DNA of 64,000 nt from NCBI GenBank assembly GCA_021782495.1, contig JAJXUV010000001.1, forward strand, positions 374,637-438,636, read 5' to 3'. The notes beneath the pieces were generated by a model. The model was not told the origin of the DNA, ran no database searches, and worked only from the letters and a program-made list of their open reading frames with translations. This document shows, one piece after another, positions 40,088-51,041 of this stretch. The position numbers were made by a program, and so were the translations under genes. Every line of letters begins with the position of its first letter. Position 1 is the stretch's first letter. The DNA comes from Pseudomonadota bacterium. GTDB taxonomy: Bacteria > Pseudomonadota > Gammaproteobacteria > UBA1113.

Positions 40088-40174
40088 AAATGTATTGACA
40101 TTACTTTAAATTTATATTAACATTACAAATTATATTAAAATTTTTATAGGTAATATAAAGAGGAGATTAAAAAA

Positions 40175-40447
40175 ATGGCTGCAGTCAAAGCGAACGGTCA
40201 CCCGCACTATTCTTGGGTCGAATTTGGGTTTTTAGAAAACGTCGTAGTCTCAACGTTATTCGACGATTCTTTTTTAACACAAAATAGATTATTACGGGGA
40301 TTGACATGGCACAGCTACCTAAAGAATATAATGCATTGGCGACAAATGAAATGGTTAAGGCGATTTGCAAACCACTGTTTGACAGCACAGACATTTGTTA
40401 TTTCCACTATTCTAAATTATACGACAACGCAAAAACTTGCATCTTAA
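40175..40447 (+). CDS. Hypothetical 90-aa ORF with a strong RBS. It overlaps the 5' end of the LuxR gene in another frame.
   Basis: SD agaggag lies 9 nt upstream of the ATG at 40175. No recognisable domain. It may be a frameshifted N-terminal extension of the regulator, or a small upstream ORF. Confidence 0.3.
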   Translation: MAAVKANGHPHYSWVEFGFLENVVVSTLFDDSFLTQNRLLRGLTWHSYLKNIMHWRQMKWLRRFANHCLTAQTFVISTILNYTTTQKLAS

Positions 40448-41076
40448 GCACTCACCTTGAATTTTATGAATATTTTTGGAAAAGTCATCAAGAATTTTTC
40501 AAACAATACTCTGAAAACATTTTTTTAAATAAGCCAACCTCAGTGCTCTTATTAAATGATGGGATCCAATTTGGTATTGATCGTATTTTGGTGATCATAA
40601 CACGGTATAAACATTATTATGAGCTATTTGGGTTTGGAACAACGCCTGGAAACGATTCTATCCTTAATTTTTATTTAAACAATATGGATGTTTTGAAAAA
40701 GTTTACACTTTATTTTAAAGAAAAAGGAGATGCTTTAATTAAAGAAGCTGAGAAGAATTTTTTGCCAGTGAAAGGATACTCTATCAAAGAAATGAAAGAT
40801 TTTTCGAAGAAAAAACAGCGGGAACCTTGTTTCGATGTTAAGTTGAAAAAAATAGGGATCCAGACTGAATTCGGAGAAGTTTCAATCACAGCAAGAGAGC
40901 TTGAAATTTTAAGGTTGATTGCACATGGATACAGCGGCAAAGAAATGGCAAACAAATTAAACGTTGTTTTGAAAACCATAGAAAGTCATATGGCACACCT
41001 TAAACTGAAGCTGGGCTACACGCGACGCAGTGATTTGGTTGAATGTTTTTTTAAGAGTCCTTATTCGGAAATTTGA
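40306..41076 (+). CDS. LuxR-family transcriptional regulator (C-terminal HTH with an uncharacterised N-terminal domain)
   Basis: 256 aa. The C-terminal ITARELEILRLIAHGYSGKEMANKLNVVLKTIESHMAHLKLKLG is a LuxR/GerE-type HTH. The local sequence is AT-rich. Confidence 0.75.
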   Translation: MAQLPKEYNALATNEMVKAICKPLFDSTDICYFHYSKLYDNAKTCILSTHLEFYEYFWKSHQEFFKQYSENIFLNKPTSVLLLNDGIQFGIDRILVIITRYKHYYELFGFGTTPGNDSILNFYLNNMDVLKKFTLYFKEKGDALIKEAEKNFLPVKGYSIKEMKDFSKKKQREPCFDVKLKKIGIQTEFGEVSITARELEILRLIAHGYSGKEMANKLNVVLKTIESHMAHLKLKLGYTRRSDLVECFFKSPYSEI

Positions 41077-41161
41077 GAAGTGCATTTATATGAAAATTGC
41101 CCCCTTTTGATTTAAAGAAGGGGGCAGCTCAGTTTTAAGTCAAGCTATTTTCTCCTAAAGG

Positions 41162-41401
41162 TTAAGCCATTACTAACTTTTTGGAGTTAGATGCTATATT
41201 AGGACTGTTATTATTATCATCATCTTTTCTGGCATTTTCCTTATCTTCAGATGTTTTGCAGAAAAAAACGAACCTAGACGAACTCTGTTTAGGTTTGCGT
41301 TTTCTGAATAAATCATCAAGTTCTCCGCTGTCTATCATTTGTTGTAATGAACTCGCATTTTTCATAATAGACTCAAGACTTTCATCTTCTTTTCTAGCCA
41401 T
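41162..41401 (-). CDS. Hypothetical small charged protein
   Basis: 79 aa, highly charged and low-complexity. It lies in an AT-rich islet, convergent with the LuxR gene. Weak. Confidence 0.25.
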   Translation of the reverse strand: MARKEDESLESIMKNASSLQQMIDSGELDDLFRKRKPKQSSSRFVFFCKTSEDKENARKDDDNNNSPNIASNSKKLVMA

Positions 41402-41651
41402 GATACATTCTCCTCTGTTGTTTTTTTCAAAAATTTTACTATTTTGTATGATTAACGTGATACGTTAAAAATACGACCTTCGAAGCTCTTTTTTTCAAAA
41501 ATTTTGTTAAAATTTCTAATTTTTCGATCTTCTTGAGACAAGGATAGTTGTATTTTGAAAAGAAAACATCAGGGAAAAACCCTGAAGAATGGAATTTTAT
41601 GTATCGCTCGCACTTAAGGATGGGAACTAGAGGCAAGAAAAAACAACATTT

Positions 41652-41677
41652 GTCATCCCTGCGTAAGCAGGGATGAC
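41652..41677 (-). terminator. Rho-independent terminator for the PTPS-family gene. It is a copy of the GTCATCCCTGCGnAAGCAGGGAT hairpin repeat.
   Basis: Stem of 11 bp, gtcatccctgc-gtaa-gcagggatgac. On the minus-strand transcript it is followed by uuguuuuuuc. It lies 24 nt after the stop at 41701. Confidence 0.55.
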
Positions 41678-41700
41678 GGAATCATTGTTTATAGTGACAG

Positions 41701-42189
41701 TTACTTCACCCACTCATAAGAACCACACTGCCCGGGTGCTGAACACACTTTCACGACAATGCGTTGGATGCCATATCGTGTGAGGTCGTGTTTGTCTTGA
41801 CTTAATTTGTCAATGAACCAGCGTGACAATTCTTCTACTGTGATATTACGCAGAGGTAAGTGTTTTACATCTTTTTTTAGAAAGGGAATTTTTTCTTGAT
41901 CAAAATAAACGTATAAATAATCCCCCTCTTCTTCTAAGCGTAAATGAGGGGAATGATCTGGGATCAAGGTGTATTGACTCAATTCATCGCATAATGCACG
42001 GATTTTTTGTTTATAGAGGGCATAATCGAAGGTCATGCCGTTTTCGTCGACTTGAGCCGTCAAGCTGGCATAGACGCTAAAATTATGACCATGCAAGCGT
42101 TCTCTGTGTGTGGCAGAGTAAATGGTAAAATGGGCGGCGTCAAACCCCATGTATTCTTTATTTAATTCTATGACGGTATAAGCACTCAT
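41701..42189 (-). CDS. 6-pyruvoyl-tetrahydropterin synthase family protein (PTPS/QueD fold)
   Basis: 162 aa. The HGHNFSV zinc-binding motif is present. The usual Cys upstream (CxxxHGH) is replaced by RERLHGH, so it is not a canonical QueD. Confidence 0.65.
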   Translation of the reverse strand: MSAYTVIELNKEYMGFDAAHFTIYSATHRERLHGHNFSVYASLTAQVDENGMTFDYALYKQKIRALCDELSQYTLIPDHSPHLRLEEEGDYLYVYFDQEKIPFLKKDVKHLPLRNITVEELSRWFIDKLSQDKHDLTRYGIQRIVVKVCSAPGQCGSYEWVK

Positions 42190-42848
42190 GTGCGCTCCTT
42201 AGTTTGTATGCCAGTTGTAGTCGCCAATAATAAACTATCTGCCGGTCTTTTGGCAAAAAGCCCAGAATCTAAAAGGCCGGGGATACTGGCTAGTTTTTCT
42301 TCTAAAGCGATGGGTTCGTGCAGAGGGAGTCGATGCACATCTAAAATGATATTGTGATTATCCGTCACAAAGCCTTCGCGTAATATGGGTAAACCGCCTA
42401 ATTTGACTAATTCTCTGGCGACATAACTTTGGGCCATGGGAAGTACTTCGATGGCTAAGGGAAAATTGCCTAAAGCTTTGACCATTTTAGATTCGTCGAC
42501 GATGCACACAAATTTTTGTGCAGCCGTTGCCAATATTTTTTCGCGCAATAAACAACCGCCTCCGCCTTTGATCATTTGAAAATGTGAATTGATTTCATCG
42601 GCACCATCAATGTAAACATCGATCCCTGAAGCTTGATTAAATTCTATAACCGGAATATGGTGTTGCTTTAAAAGCGTATAAGAAGCGACGGAACTCGCAA
42701 CAGTGGCTTCAATGAGGTGTTTTTTAGGAGCGAGTGCAGCAATGAAGCAATTCACCGTTGAGCCCGAACCGATACCTAAGATCCCATTTTCGGGAATGTA
42801 ATCCAAAGCAGCCAAAGCCACGGCCTCTTTTAAGGCATTCTGATTCAT
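42186..42848 (-). CDS. rpiA: Ribose-5-phosphate isomerase A
   Basis: GIGSGSTV and DGADEI motifs. I chose the start at 42848 (MNQNALKEA), directly after the rsmD stop. The track ORF extends to 42911. Confidence 0.85.
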   Translation of the reverse strand: MNQNALKEAVALAALDYIPENGILGIGSGSTVNCFIAALAPKKHLIEATVASSVASYTLLKQHHIPVIEFNQASGIDVYIDGADEINSHFQMIKGGGGCLLREKILATAAQKFVCIVDESKMVKALGNFPLAIEVLPMAQSYVARELVKLGGLPILREGFVTDNHNIILDVHRLPLHEPIALEEKLASIPGLLDSGLFAKRPADSLLLATTTGIQTKERT

Positions 42849-43402
42849 AAGTCTACCTCTATTAATTGATACACGACTTGTCCTGCTTTGCCCTGTTTCA
42901 GACAACGCCAATGTGAGGGCAAAGTGAGCGTGTGTGTTTCTGTCATTTCAATGTACACGAGAGATCCTTGTTTTTCGTAGCCATACTGTTTCAGTAAAGG
43001 AATACATTGATCTAATACATCCCCCTGAAAAGGGGGATCTAGAAATATAATATCATAAGGATGCGGTTTAGGGTGAATGGGTAAGAGTGCATTTTGATTC
43101 AACAAAGTTACTTTGGTTTTGTCCAAGTGACAATCGCTTAATACCTTTTTTAAGGTGTGTATAATCTTAGGATCATTGTCGACAAAAGTCACTTCCGTTG
43201 CACCGCGAGATAAGGCTTCTAAACCTAAAATACCACTGCCTGTAAATAAATCCAAACAGCGCGCTTGATAAAGAGAAGTTCCTAGCCAATTGAATACGGT
43301 TTCACGGACTCTATCGCCTGTGGGACGAACGAGCGCATTTTGCGGAACAGGAATGTGTTTGCCGCGCCAAAGACCTGCGATAATACGGACATGATTAGCC
43401 AT
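42845..43402 (-). CDS. rsmD: 16S rRNA (guanine966-N2)-methyltransferase
   Basis: 185 aa. LDLFTGSGILGLEALSRGA SAM motif. DPPF motif. Typical of RsmD. Confidence 0.8.
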   Translation of the reverse strand: MANHVRIIAGLWRGKHIPVPQNALVRPTGDRVRETVFNWLGTSLYQARCLDLFTGSGILGLEALSRGATEVTFVDNDPKIIHTLKKVLSDCHLDKTKVTLLNQNALLPIHPKPHPYDIIFLDPPFQGDVLDQCIPLLKQYGYEKQGSLVYIEMTETHTLTLPSHWRCLKQGKAGQVVYQLIEVDL

Positions 43403-44729
43403 GAGAAGAAGCTTCGCTCTCTTCAGTCACCACCACGCTTAAAAAAGATTTTCCTTTTAAATGGTGATTGATAGCTTGTTGCATATCGTTTAAAGTCACA
43501 CCGCTGATATGGTTACGATATTGATCCAAATAATCTAAAGGCAAATGGTAAAATCCGATGCTGGCTACCGCATTGCTGATATTGGCATTGCCGCTTAAAG
43601 CCAGCGGAAAACTTCCGATGATATTTTTCTGCGCCAGAGTCAATTCATTGGCAGTAGCGCCTTGGGCAATAAATTGATCTAAGGTCGAATTGACGGTTTG
43701 AATGGCTTTTTCACGAGAGGCATTCTGTGTTTGTAAGCCAATGACAAAAGGCCCTTTTTCTTGCAAAGGCACAAAACTACTGACGATCGAATAGGTTAAA
43801 CCTTGTTTGTCACGCACTTCTTCAAAGAGTCGAGAGACCAAAGGGCCTCCACCTAAAATATAGTTGGCCACATACAAAGAATAAAAATCGGGATCCAATC
43901 GGCTAATCCCAATCGTCCCGATACGAATACTGCTTTGTGTGGTGGGAAAAGGCACCGTGATGTTTTTATTGTTGCTTAAATCAGTGGGAACAGGTATAGC
44001 CGGTGCTTTCGTCCCTTTGGGCAATGTGCCCACCAATTGTTGAGCGATGGTATGCACTTTATTTTCATCGACATTGCCGACAATCACTAAGAGTGCATTT
44101 TCAGCATTGTAATATTGACGATAAAAATTTTGTAGATTTTCTCGATTCAGCGTGCTGACCGTATTCGCATTGCCTAAAGGATGGTGAGCATAAGGATGCG
44201 TGCCATAAAGATTTTGATAAAAAGTGCGTGAGGCTATGCCATCCGGAGATTGTTCATCGACAGAAATCGCTTGTAAGGTTTCGTTCTTAAGACGAGTGAC
44301 AGAAGAGGTGGAGAAATTGGGTTCGAGGATGAGCGCTGCGAAAGTACTTAAAGCAGGCATTAAAGCATCGTCTGTAGATAAACTGCGTAAACTTAAAGTG
44401 GTTGCATCGCGACCGACCGTCGCATTGTAGAGCGCCGCCACTTTATCAAAGTTTTGTGCGATTTGATCAGCGGATAAATGTGCAGTGCCTTCTTCTAAAG
44501 CATTTGCCGTTAAATTCGCCAAACCAAATTGAGCACCATCTCGCGCTGCGCCCGCATTGAATAAAACTTGGATGTCTACAATCGGTTGTTCTGTGAGTGG
44601 AACCCACAAGACACGCACACCATTATTGGTTTGCCATTCGTGAATGGAAATCAAAGGGTTAGTGTCGGTCGCATAAAGACTCATACTGAAAAACAATAAA
44701 CAAAATAAACTCAATAATCTAGTGTACAT
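43395..44729 (-). CDS. M16-family (pitrilysin/PqqL-like) peptidase, non-catalytic-type subunit
   Basis: 444 aa with a signal peptide. M16 fold. It lacks the HxxEH motif and is paired with the downstream HxxEH-containing paralogue. Confidence 0.7.
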   Translation of the reverse strand: MYTRLLSLFCLLFFSMSLYATDTNPLISIHEWQTNNGVRVLWVPLTEQPIVDIQVLFNAGAARDGAQFGLANLTANALEEGTAHLSADQIAQNFDKVAALYNATVGRDATTLSLRSLSTDDALMPALSTFAALILEPNFSTSSVTRLKNETLQAISVDEQSPDGIASRTFYQNLYGTHPYAHHPLGNANTVSTLNRENLQNFYRQYYNAENALLVIVGNVDENKVHTIAQQLVGTLPKGTKAPAIPVPTDLSNNKNITVPFPTTQSSIRIGTIGISRLDPDFYSLYVANYILGGGPLVSRLFEEVRDKQGLTYSIVSSFVPLQEKGPFVIGLQTQNASREKAIQTVNSTLDQFIAQGATANELTLAQKNIIGSFPLALSGNANISNAVASIGFYHLPLDYLDQYRNHISGVTLNDMQQAINHHLKGKSFLSVVVTEESEASSHG

Positions 44730-46119
44730 AGGATTCTCCAGGATTAGGGGTTTCGACAGTATTGGCCTTTGAAGGCAAAGGCGTCAGTATTCCCACGATT
44801 TCTTGATTGCCTACCAAATATTGTTGTGCCACACGTTGAACGTCGGCTGCGCTGACTTTTTGAATTTGTGTGACATAATGGTTCAGCTCAGACCAATCAC
44901 TGCCCGTTGCGGTGAGCGTACCGATGGCTTGGGCTAAATTGGATATATCATCTTGTTGGTAAATGGCATTGGCAATCGCATTCTTTTTCACTTTTTCTAA
45001 TTCTTCGGAACTCACCGGTTTTTGCTGCAAAGTTTGAATTTGCGATCGAATCGCTTTTTCTAAGGTGTTGATGTCCACATTTTTTTGTGGAACTGCCTCG
45101 ATCACCCATACACTTGAAAACCGCTTATACAATTCGTAATTGATATCGATGCTACTCGCCAAAGCTTGATGACGCACTAAATTTTGTTGCAAACGCGCAC
45201 TGTCGCTGCCTGCTAAAATAGAGCCTAATACATCCAAAGCATAGGGATCGATGCTGTTTTTATCGGACATAATCGTGGGGGCGCTGTAACCCATCATCAA
45301 AACTGGAACTTCAGCAGGAATTTTTAAATTAAGGCGCCGTTGACCCGGATTGCTTAATTCTAATTGCGGTTTGGCTGAAGGCAAAGTCATTGGCTTTAAA
45401 GCGCCAAAATATTTCTCTGCCAAAGCAAAAACATCGTCGGCTTTGACGTCGCCGACCACCACAATAAAAGCATTATTCGGTGCATACCATCGTTGATACC
45501 AAGCGCGCAAATCTTCTACGGTGATGTTGTATAAATCCGCAGGCCACCCCACGGTGGGATTGTGATAAGGCAAGGCCACATAAGCTTGGCTAAAAAATTG
45601 TTCGCCCATTTTAGCGAGCGGATTATTGTCGACGCGCCAACGACGTTCTTCACGCACGACTTTAATTTCTTTGTTAAACTCTTCAGGCGTTAAACTCAAA
45701 TGGCGCATGCGGTCGGATTCTAATTGAAAGGCCATTGGCAATTTATCCGCAGCCAATTCTTGATAATACGCAGTGAAGTCGTCGTAAGTAAAGGCATTTT
45801 CTTGTCCGCCATTTTCGGCGATCGATCGAGAGAAAACACCGGGGCCATAGGTGGGGGTGCCATCGAACATCATGTGTTCCAACAAGTGAGAAATGCCGGT
45901 ATTACCCATCGATTCGTAACTGCTGCCGACTTTGTACCACACTTCTGAAATCAATACAGGCGCTCTATGGTCTTCTTTGACATAGATGGTTAATCCATTG
46001 CCTAAAGTCTTGGATTGAACCGTAACTTGAGCAAAAATTGAACTTGACAAGAGTAGAGCTAAACACCAGAATCCTGCACGCAGGCGACGTAGAGTTAAAT
46101 AAGACATCGATATACTCAC
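44719..46119 (-). CDS. M16-family zinc peptidase (insulinase-like, HxxEH)
   Basis: 466 aa with a signal peptide. Inverted zinc motif [14 protein letters not shown]. Confidence 0.8.
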   Translation of the reverse strand: MSISMSYLTLRRLRAGFWCLALLLSSSIFAQVTVQSKTLGNGLTIYVKEDHRAPVLISEVWYKVGSSYESMGNTGISHLLEHMMFDGTPTYGPGVFSRSIAENGGQENAFTYDDFTAYYQELAADKLPMAFQLESDRMRHLSLTPEEFNKEIKVVREERRWRVDNNPLAKMGEQFFSQAYVALPYHNPTVGWPADLYNITVEDLRAWYQRWYAPNNAFIVVVGDVKADDVFALAEKYFGALKPMTLPSAKPQLELSNPGQRRLNLKIPAEVPVLMMGYSAPTIMSDKNSIDPYALDVLGSILAGSDSARLQQNLVRHQALASSIDINYELYKRFSSVWVIEAVPQKNVDINTLEKAIRSQIQTLQQKPVSSEELEKVKKNAIANAIYQQDDISNLAQAIGTLTATGSDWSELNHYVTQIQKVSAADVQRVAQQYLVGNQEIVGILTPLPSKANTVETPNPGESYVH

Positions 46120-46234
46120 TTTTAAGGGACAGTTACCCCTTATAATACCCCCTCTTGTATTTATTATCCATATTTGCTATAAATATCCCCCTTTCGATGA
46201 GATTATTCAGTTAACCAATGGGGATGTACTAAAA

Positions 46235-46471
46235 ATGTCCAGAGTATGCCAAGTCACCGGCCGTGGGCCTAAGACGGGAAACAATGTTTCGCACGCACAC
46301 AATAAGACTCGACGTCGTTTTCAAATCAATTTGCAATATAGACGTTTGTGGTCGCCGGCCTTGAAGCGCTTTGTCAAATTAAGGCTCAGCAACGATGGGT
46401 TGAGGTTGATCGATAAGCTCGGTATCGATGTGGTATTGGCGCGTTTGCGTGAGCGCGGCGAAAAAATCTAG
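46235..46471 (+). CDS. rpmB: 50S ribosomal protein L28
   Basis: 78 aa. [34 protein letters not shown] is the canonical L28. Confidence 0.9.
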   Translation: MSRVCQVTGRGPKTGNNVSHAHNKTRRRFQINLQYRRLWSPALKRFVKLRLSNDGLRLIDKLGIDVVLARLRERGEKI

Positions 46472-46490
46472 AAAATAGGATTAAAATATT

Positions 46491-46646
46491 ATGCGTGATA
46501 AAATCAAACTCGTGTGTGAAGAAGGTACTGGCGAGTACTACACCACTACTAAAAATAAGAAAAATACGCCTGAAAAACTGCGTTTCAAGAAGTATAGCCG
46601 CAAGCTCAAAAAGCATGTTTGGTTCAAGGAAGATAAAATTAAATAG
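46491..46646 (+). CDS. rpmG: 50S ribosomal protein L33
   Basis: 51-aa ORF, below the track cutoff. I found it by hand: [51 protein letters not shown]. It lies 19 nt after rpmB, as in the conserved rpmB-rpmG operon. Confidence 0.85.
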   Translation: MRDKIKLVCEEGTGEYYTTTKNKKNTPEKLRFKKYSRKLKKHVWFKEDKIK

Positions 46647-46712
46647 CTTATTTCAACCATTCTATGTTAAAATAACCGCCTTATTAGGGTTATATATTAT
46701 AAAGGGTGGGAT

Positions 46713-49274
46713 ATGAGCGAGTTAAGCAAAGAAATCATTCCTGTCACCATTGAGCATGAATTAAAACAATCTTACCTAGACTATGCGATGAGCGTGATCG
46801 TGGGCCGTGCTTTGCCCGACGTTCGCGATGGTTTAAAACCCGTGCATCGACGCACTTTGTTTGCCATGCACGAACTTAACAATGACTGGAACAAGCCTTA
46901 TAAAAAATCCGCGCGTATCGTCGGTGACGTCATCGGTAAATACCACCCGCATGGCGATTCAGCCGTGTACGATACCATTGTTCGGATGGCGCAACCCTTT
47001 TCTATGCGTTATTTGCTGGTCGATGGCCAAGGTAACTTTGGTTCGGTCGATGGCGATTCCGCCGCAGCGATGCGATACACCGAAGTGCGTATGTCGCGTT
47101 TTGCCCACAGTTTATTGGCCGATTTAGACAAAGAAACAGTCGATTTTGTCGACAATTACGATGGCAGTGAAAAGATCCCAGCCGTGATGCCGACGCGTGT
47201 TCCGCATTTGTTGGTCAATGGCACAGCGGGAATTGCTGTAGGTATGGCGACCAATATTCCGCCGCACAATTTGGGGGAAGTGATCGACGCCACGGTTGCT
47301 TTATTGTTAGAACCTGATTTAAACATTGATCGTCTGATGACGTTTATTCCCGGCCCAGATTTTCCAACGGCGGGAATTATCAATGGCCGTGCAGGCATTG
47401 TCGAAGCCTATCGAACTGGTCGTGGTCGTATTTATGTGCGGGCTAAAACCCACATTGAAACCGATGAACGTTCCGGCAAAGACAGTATCATCATCACCGA
47501 ATTGCCTTATCAAGTGAATAAAGCGAAGCTCATTGAAAGAATTGCAGAGCTTGTAAAAGAAAAGAAAATAGAAGGAATCACGGCTTTACGCGATGAATCG
47601 GATAAAGATGGTATGCGCGTCGTCATTGAATTAAGACGCGGCGATATGCCAGAAATTTTATTAAATCAATTGTATACACACACGGCGATGCAAAATGTAT
47701 TTGGCATCAATATGGTAGCTTTGTGCGATGAACAACCGAGAACTTTAAACCTCAAACAAATTTTAGAAGCTTTTATCAAACACCGACGTGAAGTCGTGAC
47801 ACGGCGTACTTTGTTTGAATTGCGTAAAGCCAAAGAAAAAGCCCATCTTTTAGAAGGTTTGGGTGTGGCCTTAGCCAACATAGAGGAAATGATTGCGCTG
47901 ATTAAAGCGTCTAAAACAGCGGCAGAAGCCAAAGAAGCTTTATTGGCGCGTACCTGGCAACCTGGGTGGGTCAAACAATTGTTGGCCGCGATGAGTGAAA
48001 CGGTGACCAGACCCGAAGAATGTGCGCCGCACGAAGGCATGCACGGCGATGCGTATCAACTCACCCCGGCGCAAGCGCAAGCCATTTTAGATTTACGTTT
48101 ACAACGTTTAACAGGTCTGGAACAAGACAAAATCCACGAAGATTATCAGGAATTAGTGAAAATCATCATCGATTTGATGGATATTTTAAGTTCACCCGAT
48201 CGTTTGAAAGAAGTCATCAAAGAAGAATTGCTGGCTGCGAAAACCGATTTTGCCGATGCGAGACGCACTGAAATTATCGGTACTCAAGAAGACATTACGA
48301 TGGAAGATTTGATTACGGAAGAAGATGTAGCAGTGACTTTATCGCATGAAGGCTATGCCAAAGTACAATCACTTGATAATTATCGCTTACAAAGACGCGG
48401 TGGTCGTGGTAAGTCGGCTTCTAAAATGAAAGAAGAAGATTACATTGAAAAATTATTGATTGCCAATACGCACGATACTTTATTGTGTTTTTCGAGCCAA
48501 GGCAAAGTATATTGGTTGAAGACCTATCAACTCCCCGCAGCGGAACGCACTGCCCGAGGTAAACCGATTGTGAATTTATTGCCTTTGAGTGAAGGCGAGC
48601 GTATACAGGCTATTTTACCGGTGAAGGATTTTAAGGCGGATGTCGCCGTTGTAATGGCAACACGCAGCGGCCTGATTAAAAAAATTCACGTAGAGCAATT
48701 TTCCAGACCGCGCGCCAATGGCATTATTGCGCTGGAATTATTAGAAGGCGACAGTTTGGTGAATGCAGAGTTGGTCACTGCCAATCAAGAAATCATGTTA
48801 TTTTCCGACGATGGCAAAGCCATTCGCTTTAACAGCGATGAAGTACGTGCGATGGGTCGCAATGCACGCGGTGTGATGGGCATTAAACTCAAAGAAAATG
48901 CCAAAGTGATCGCGCTTTTGAGTTTAAAAGAAGGCGGCGCCATTTTAACAGCCACCGAAGGCGGTTATGGGAAACGCACACCGATAGAAGAGTATCGCGC
49001 CACAGGCCGCCATGGTATGGGCGTCATTTCCATTATTGTCAATGAACGCAATGGCAAAGTGGTGGGTGCTTGTCAGGTATTTCCTGGGGATGAAGTGATG
49101 TTGATTTCCGACCAAGCAACCTTAGTGCGTACCAGCGCAGATGAAATTTCAGAAGTGGGTAGAAATGCCCAGGGTGTTATTTTGATCCGTTTAGAAGAAG
49201 AAGAACATTTAATTGCCGTGCAATCGATCACCGATGTGGGAGGAGATGAAGCCGGTGATGTCGAAGAGAGTTAA
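46713..49274 (+). CDS. gyrA: DNA gyrase subunit A
   Basis: 853 aa. Active-site Tyr region AMRYTEVR. Quinolone-resistance-determining region (GDSAVYD). C-terminal beta-pinwheel repeats. Acidic tail. Confidence 0.95.
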   Translation: MSELSKEIIPVTIEHELKQSYLDYAMSVIVGRALPDVRDGLKPVHRRTLFAMHELNNDWNKPYKKSARIVGDVIGKYHPHGDSAVYDTIVRMAQPFSMRYLLVDGQGNFGSVDGDSAAAMRYTEVRMSRFAHSLLADLDKETVDFVDNYDGSEKIPAVMPTRVPHLLVNGTAGIAVGMATNIPPHNLGEVIDATVALLLEPDLNIDRLMTFIPGPDFPTAGIINGRAGIVEAYRTGRGRIYVRAKTHIETDERSGKDSIIITELPYQVNKAKLIERIAELVKEKKIEGITALRDESDKDGMRVVIELRRGDMPEILLNQLYTHTAMQNVFGINMVALCDEQPRTLNLKQILEAFIKHRREVVTRRTLFELRKAKEKAHLLEGLGVALANIEEMIALIKASKTAAEAKEALLARTWQPGWVKQLLAAMSETVTRPEECAPHEGMHGDAYQLTPAQAQAILDLRLQRLTGLEQDKIHEDYQELVKIIIDLMDILSSPDRLKEVIKEELLAAKTDFADARRTEIIGTQEDITMEDLITEEDVAVTLSHEGYAKVQSLDNYRLQRRGGRGKSASKMKEEDYIEKLLIANTHDTLLCFSSQGKVYWLKTYQLPAAERTARGKPIVNLLPLSEGERIQAILPVKDFKADVAVVMATRSGLIKKIHVEQFSRPRANGIIALELLEGDSLVNAELVTANQEIMLFSDDGKAIRFNSDEVRAMGRNARGVMGIKLKENAKVIALLSLKEGGAILTATEGGYGKRTPIEEYRATGRHGMGVISIIVNERNGKVVGACQVFPGDEVMLISDQATLVRTSADEISEVGRNAQGVILIRLEEEEHLIAVQSITDVGGDEAGDVEES

Positions 49275-49362
49275 CTACGCACCCATCTATATCCAAGAAA
49301 CTTCAAAATGCAAAGTATATGTAACAGAAAATACTGTATCTGTAGAAACAACGCAACGACTC

Positions 49363-49436
49363 TGTCATCCCTGCGAAAGCAGGGATCCAGTTTTAAATAG
49401 GGGTTTTTTTACTGGATCCCTGCTTTCGCAGGGATG
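49363..49436. repeat. Composite palindromic repeat. Two mutually reverse-complementary 26-nt arms, each itself a hairpin (atccctgc-N4-gcagggat), around a T-rich spacer. It lies between gyrA and the permease.
   Basis: Arm 1 is tgtcatccctgcgaaagcagggatcc at 49363-88. Arm 2 is ggatccctgctttcgcagggatgaca at 49411-36. The spacer contains gggttttttt. The hairpin core is shared with the element at 41652-41677. It could act as a bidirectional terminator. Confidence 0.5.
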
Positions 49437-49460
49437 ACAAAATTGTTTGTTTTCATAGGG

Positions 49461-50780
49461 ATGAAGAACGTGATTCAAAAAAAATTAGCGCTTTTTTTCG
49501 AACTGGAACGATACAATACCACTTTCAAAATAGAGTTATTGGCAGGATTAACGACATTTTTAACGATGTCCTATATCATTTTTGTCAATGCACACATTCT
49601 CAGTTTAAGCGGCATGAATTTTGGTGCGGTGTTTGTAGCGACTTGCATCGTCACCACCATTGGAACTTTTTTGTTAGGTATCCTCGCCAATTACCCCATT
49701 GCCATTGCACCCGGTATGGCATTGAATACCTATTTTACTTTCACCATCGTACAAGGCTTGGGCTTCAGTTGGCAAAGTGCTTTGGGCGCTGTTTTTATTT
49801 CGGGTGTCTTATTTTGCATCTTAACCTTGACAAAACTTCGCCATTGGTTAATAGAAGCGATCCCAGAGAGTTTAAATCTGGGTATATCGGTGGGGGTGGG
49901 TCTTTTTATTATGTTATTGGCTTTAAAAAGTGGGGGCCTAATCAAAGCCAATCCCAATACCTTGATCACGTTGGGAAATATTCACACGGCGCCAACTTTT
50001 TTATTTTTATTGGGTTTTTTAATCATTGCCACTTTAGACCACTATAAAGTATTGGGCGCTATTTTGATTGGGATTTTAAGCATTACGCTGATTTCTATCT
50101 TGATAGGAGAAAGTAAGTTTTATGGTGTTTTTTCTTTACCGCCCAGCATCAAGCCGACCTTGTTTGCACTGGATATGAAAGAAGTTTTTAACTTCCATGG
50201 TGTTTCTATTATATTCGCTTTTGTTTTGATCGGTTTGTTTGATGGAACCGGTTCAGTGGTGGGTCTTTTGAGATTGAAACGATTTTCAACCGATCCTCAA
50301 AAGCCCCGTAAAATTTCCAGGGCTTTGTTCGCAGACAGTGTAGCGACTATGTCGGGTGGATTATTGGGAACTTCCAGTACTTCGCCTTTTATAGAAAGTG
50401 AATCGGGGATCCGCGCTGGAGGCAGTACTGGCTTAACCGCGCTCACCATTGCTTTTTTATTTTTATTGTCTTTGTTTTTGTTGCCCTTAGCTGAAAGTAT
50501 TCCGAGTTATGCCGTGGCACCGGCACTCTTGTACGTCGGAATTTTAATGGTGAGAAATATAATTGATTTAGATAGAGAAGATTTCTCAGAATTTATACCC
50601 AGTATCATCACGATGACATTGATCCCTTTTAGCGGCTCGATTGCCGATGGCTTGGGTTTGGGCATTCTAAGTTATATTGTATTGAAGCTTTTGGCAGGAC
50701 AATATAAAATACTGAATCGAACCTTGATGATGTTAGGCCTGTTGTTCATCGTGTATTTTATCTTCAGGCCGCAGTTGTGA
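49461..50780 (+). CDS. NCS2-family purine permease (AzgA/PurP-like guanine/hypoxanthine or adenine permease)
   Basis: N-terminal ...ELERYNTTFKIELLAGLTTFLTMSYIIFVNA is typical of the AzgA family. About 12 transmembrane helices. I chose the start at the ATG 49461 (MKNVIQKK). The track start at 49434 lies inside the upstream repeat. Confidence 0.8.
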   Translation: MKNVIQKKLALFFELERYNTTFKIELLAGLTTFLTMSYIIFVNAHILSLSGMNFGAVFVATCIVTTIGTFLLGILANYPIAIAPGMALNTYFTFTIVQGLGFSWQSALGAVFISGVLFCILTLTKLRHWLIEAIPESLNLGISVGVGLFIMLLALKSGGLIKANPNTLITLGNIHTAPTFLFLLGFLIIATLDHYKVLGAILIGILSITLISILIGESKFYGVFSLPPSIKPTLFALDMKEVFNFHGVSIIFAFVLIGLFDGTGSVVGLLRLKRFSTDPQKPRKISRALFADSVATMSGGLLGTSSTSPFIESESGIRAGGSTGLTALTIAFLFLLSLFLLPLAESIPSYAVAPALLYVGILMVRNIIDLDREDFSEFIPSIITMTLIPFSGSIADGLGLGILSYIVLKLLAGQYKILNRTLMMLGLLFIVYFIFRPQL

Positions 50781-51041
50781 AAATATGATCGAGAGATCTA
50801 AGCACATCAACATCAATCAGCCCAGGCAGATATCAAGGCCTTAAGGGAAGTAGCATGGCAACTTGAAAAATTGCTTATTTCCCATGGAGTCAGTCAAGAA
50901 CAATTGTTCTCTGAGTTTAGGGCTCTACGTGAAGGAAAAGAGTCTTGAAGGCAGATAATATTTTAATTTTAGACGCAAACATTATCATTCGAGCTGTTCT
51001 GGATAATAAAGTTCGCAATTCTGATTTTTATAGTGTGATAA

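Noticed and set aside
46120-46234. C-rich leader (ccccctc, ccccctttc) upstream of rpmB, considered as a regulatory repeat
   Set aside because: These are short and not repeated elsewhere in the window. They are most simply the rpmB promoter or leader.
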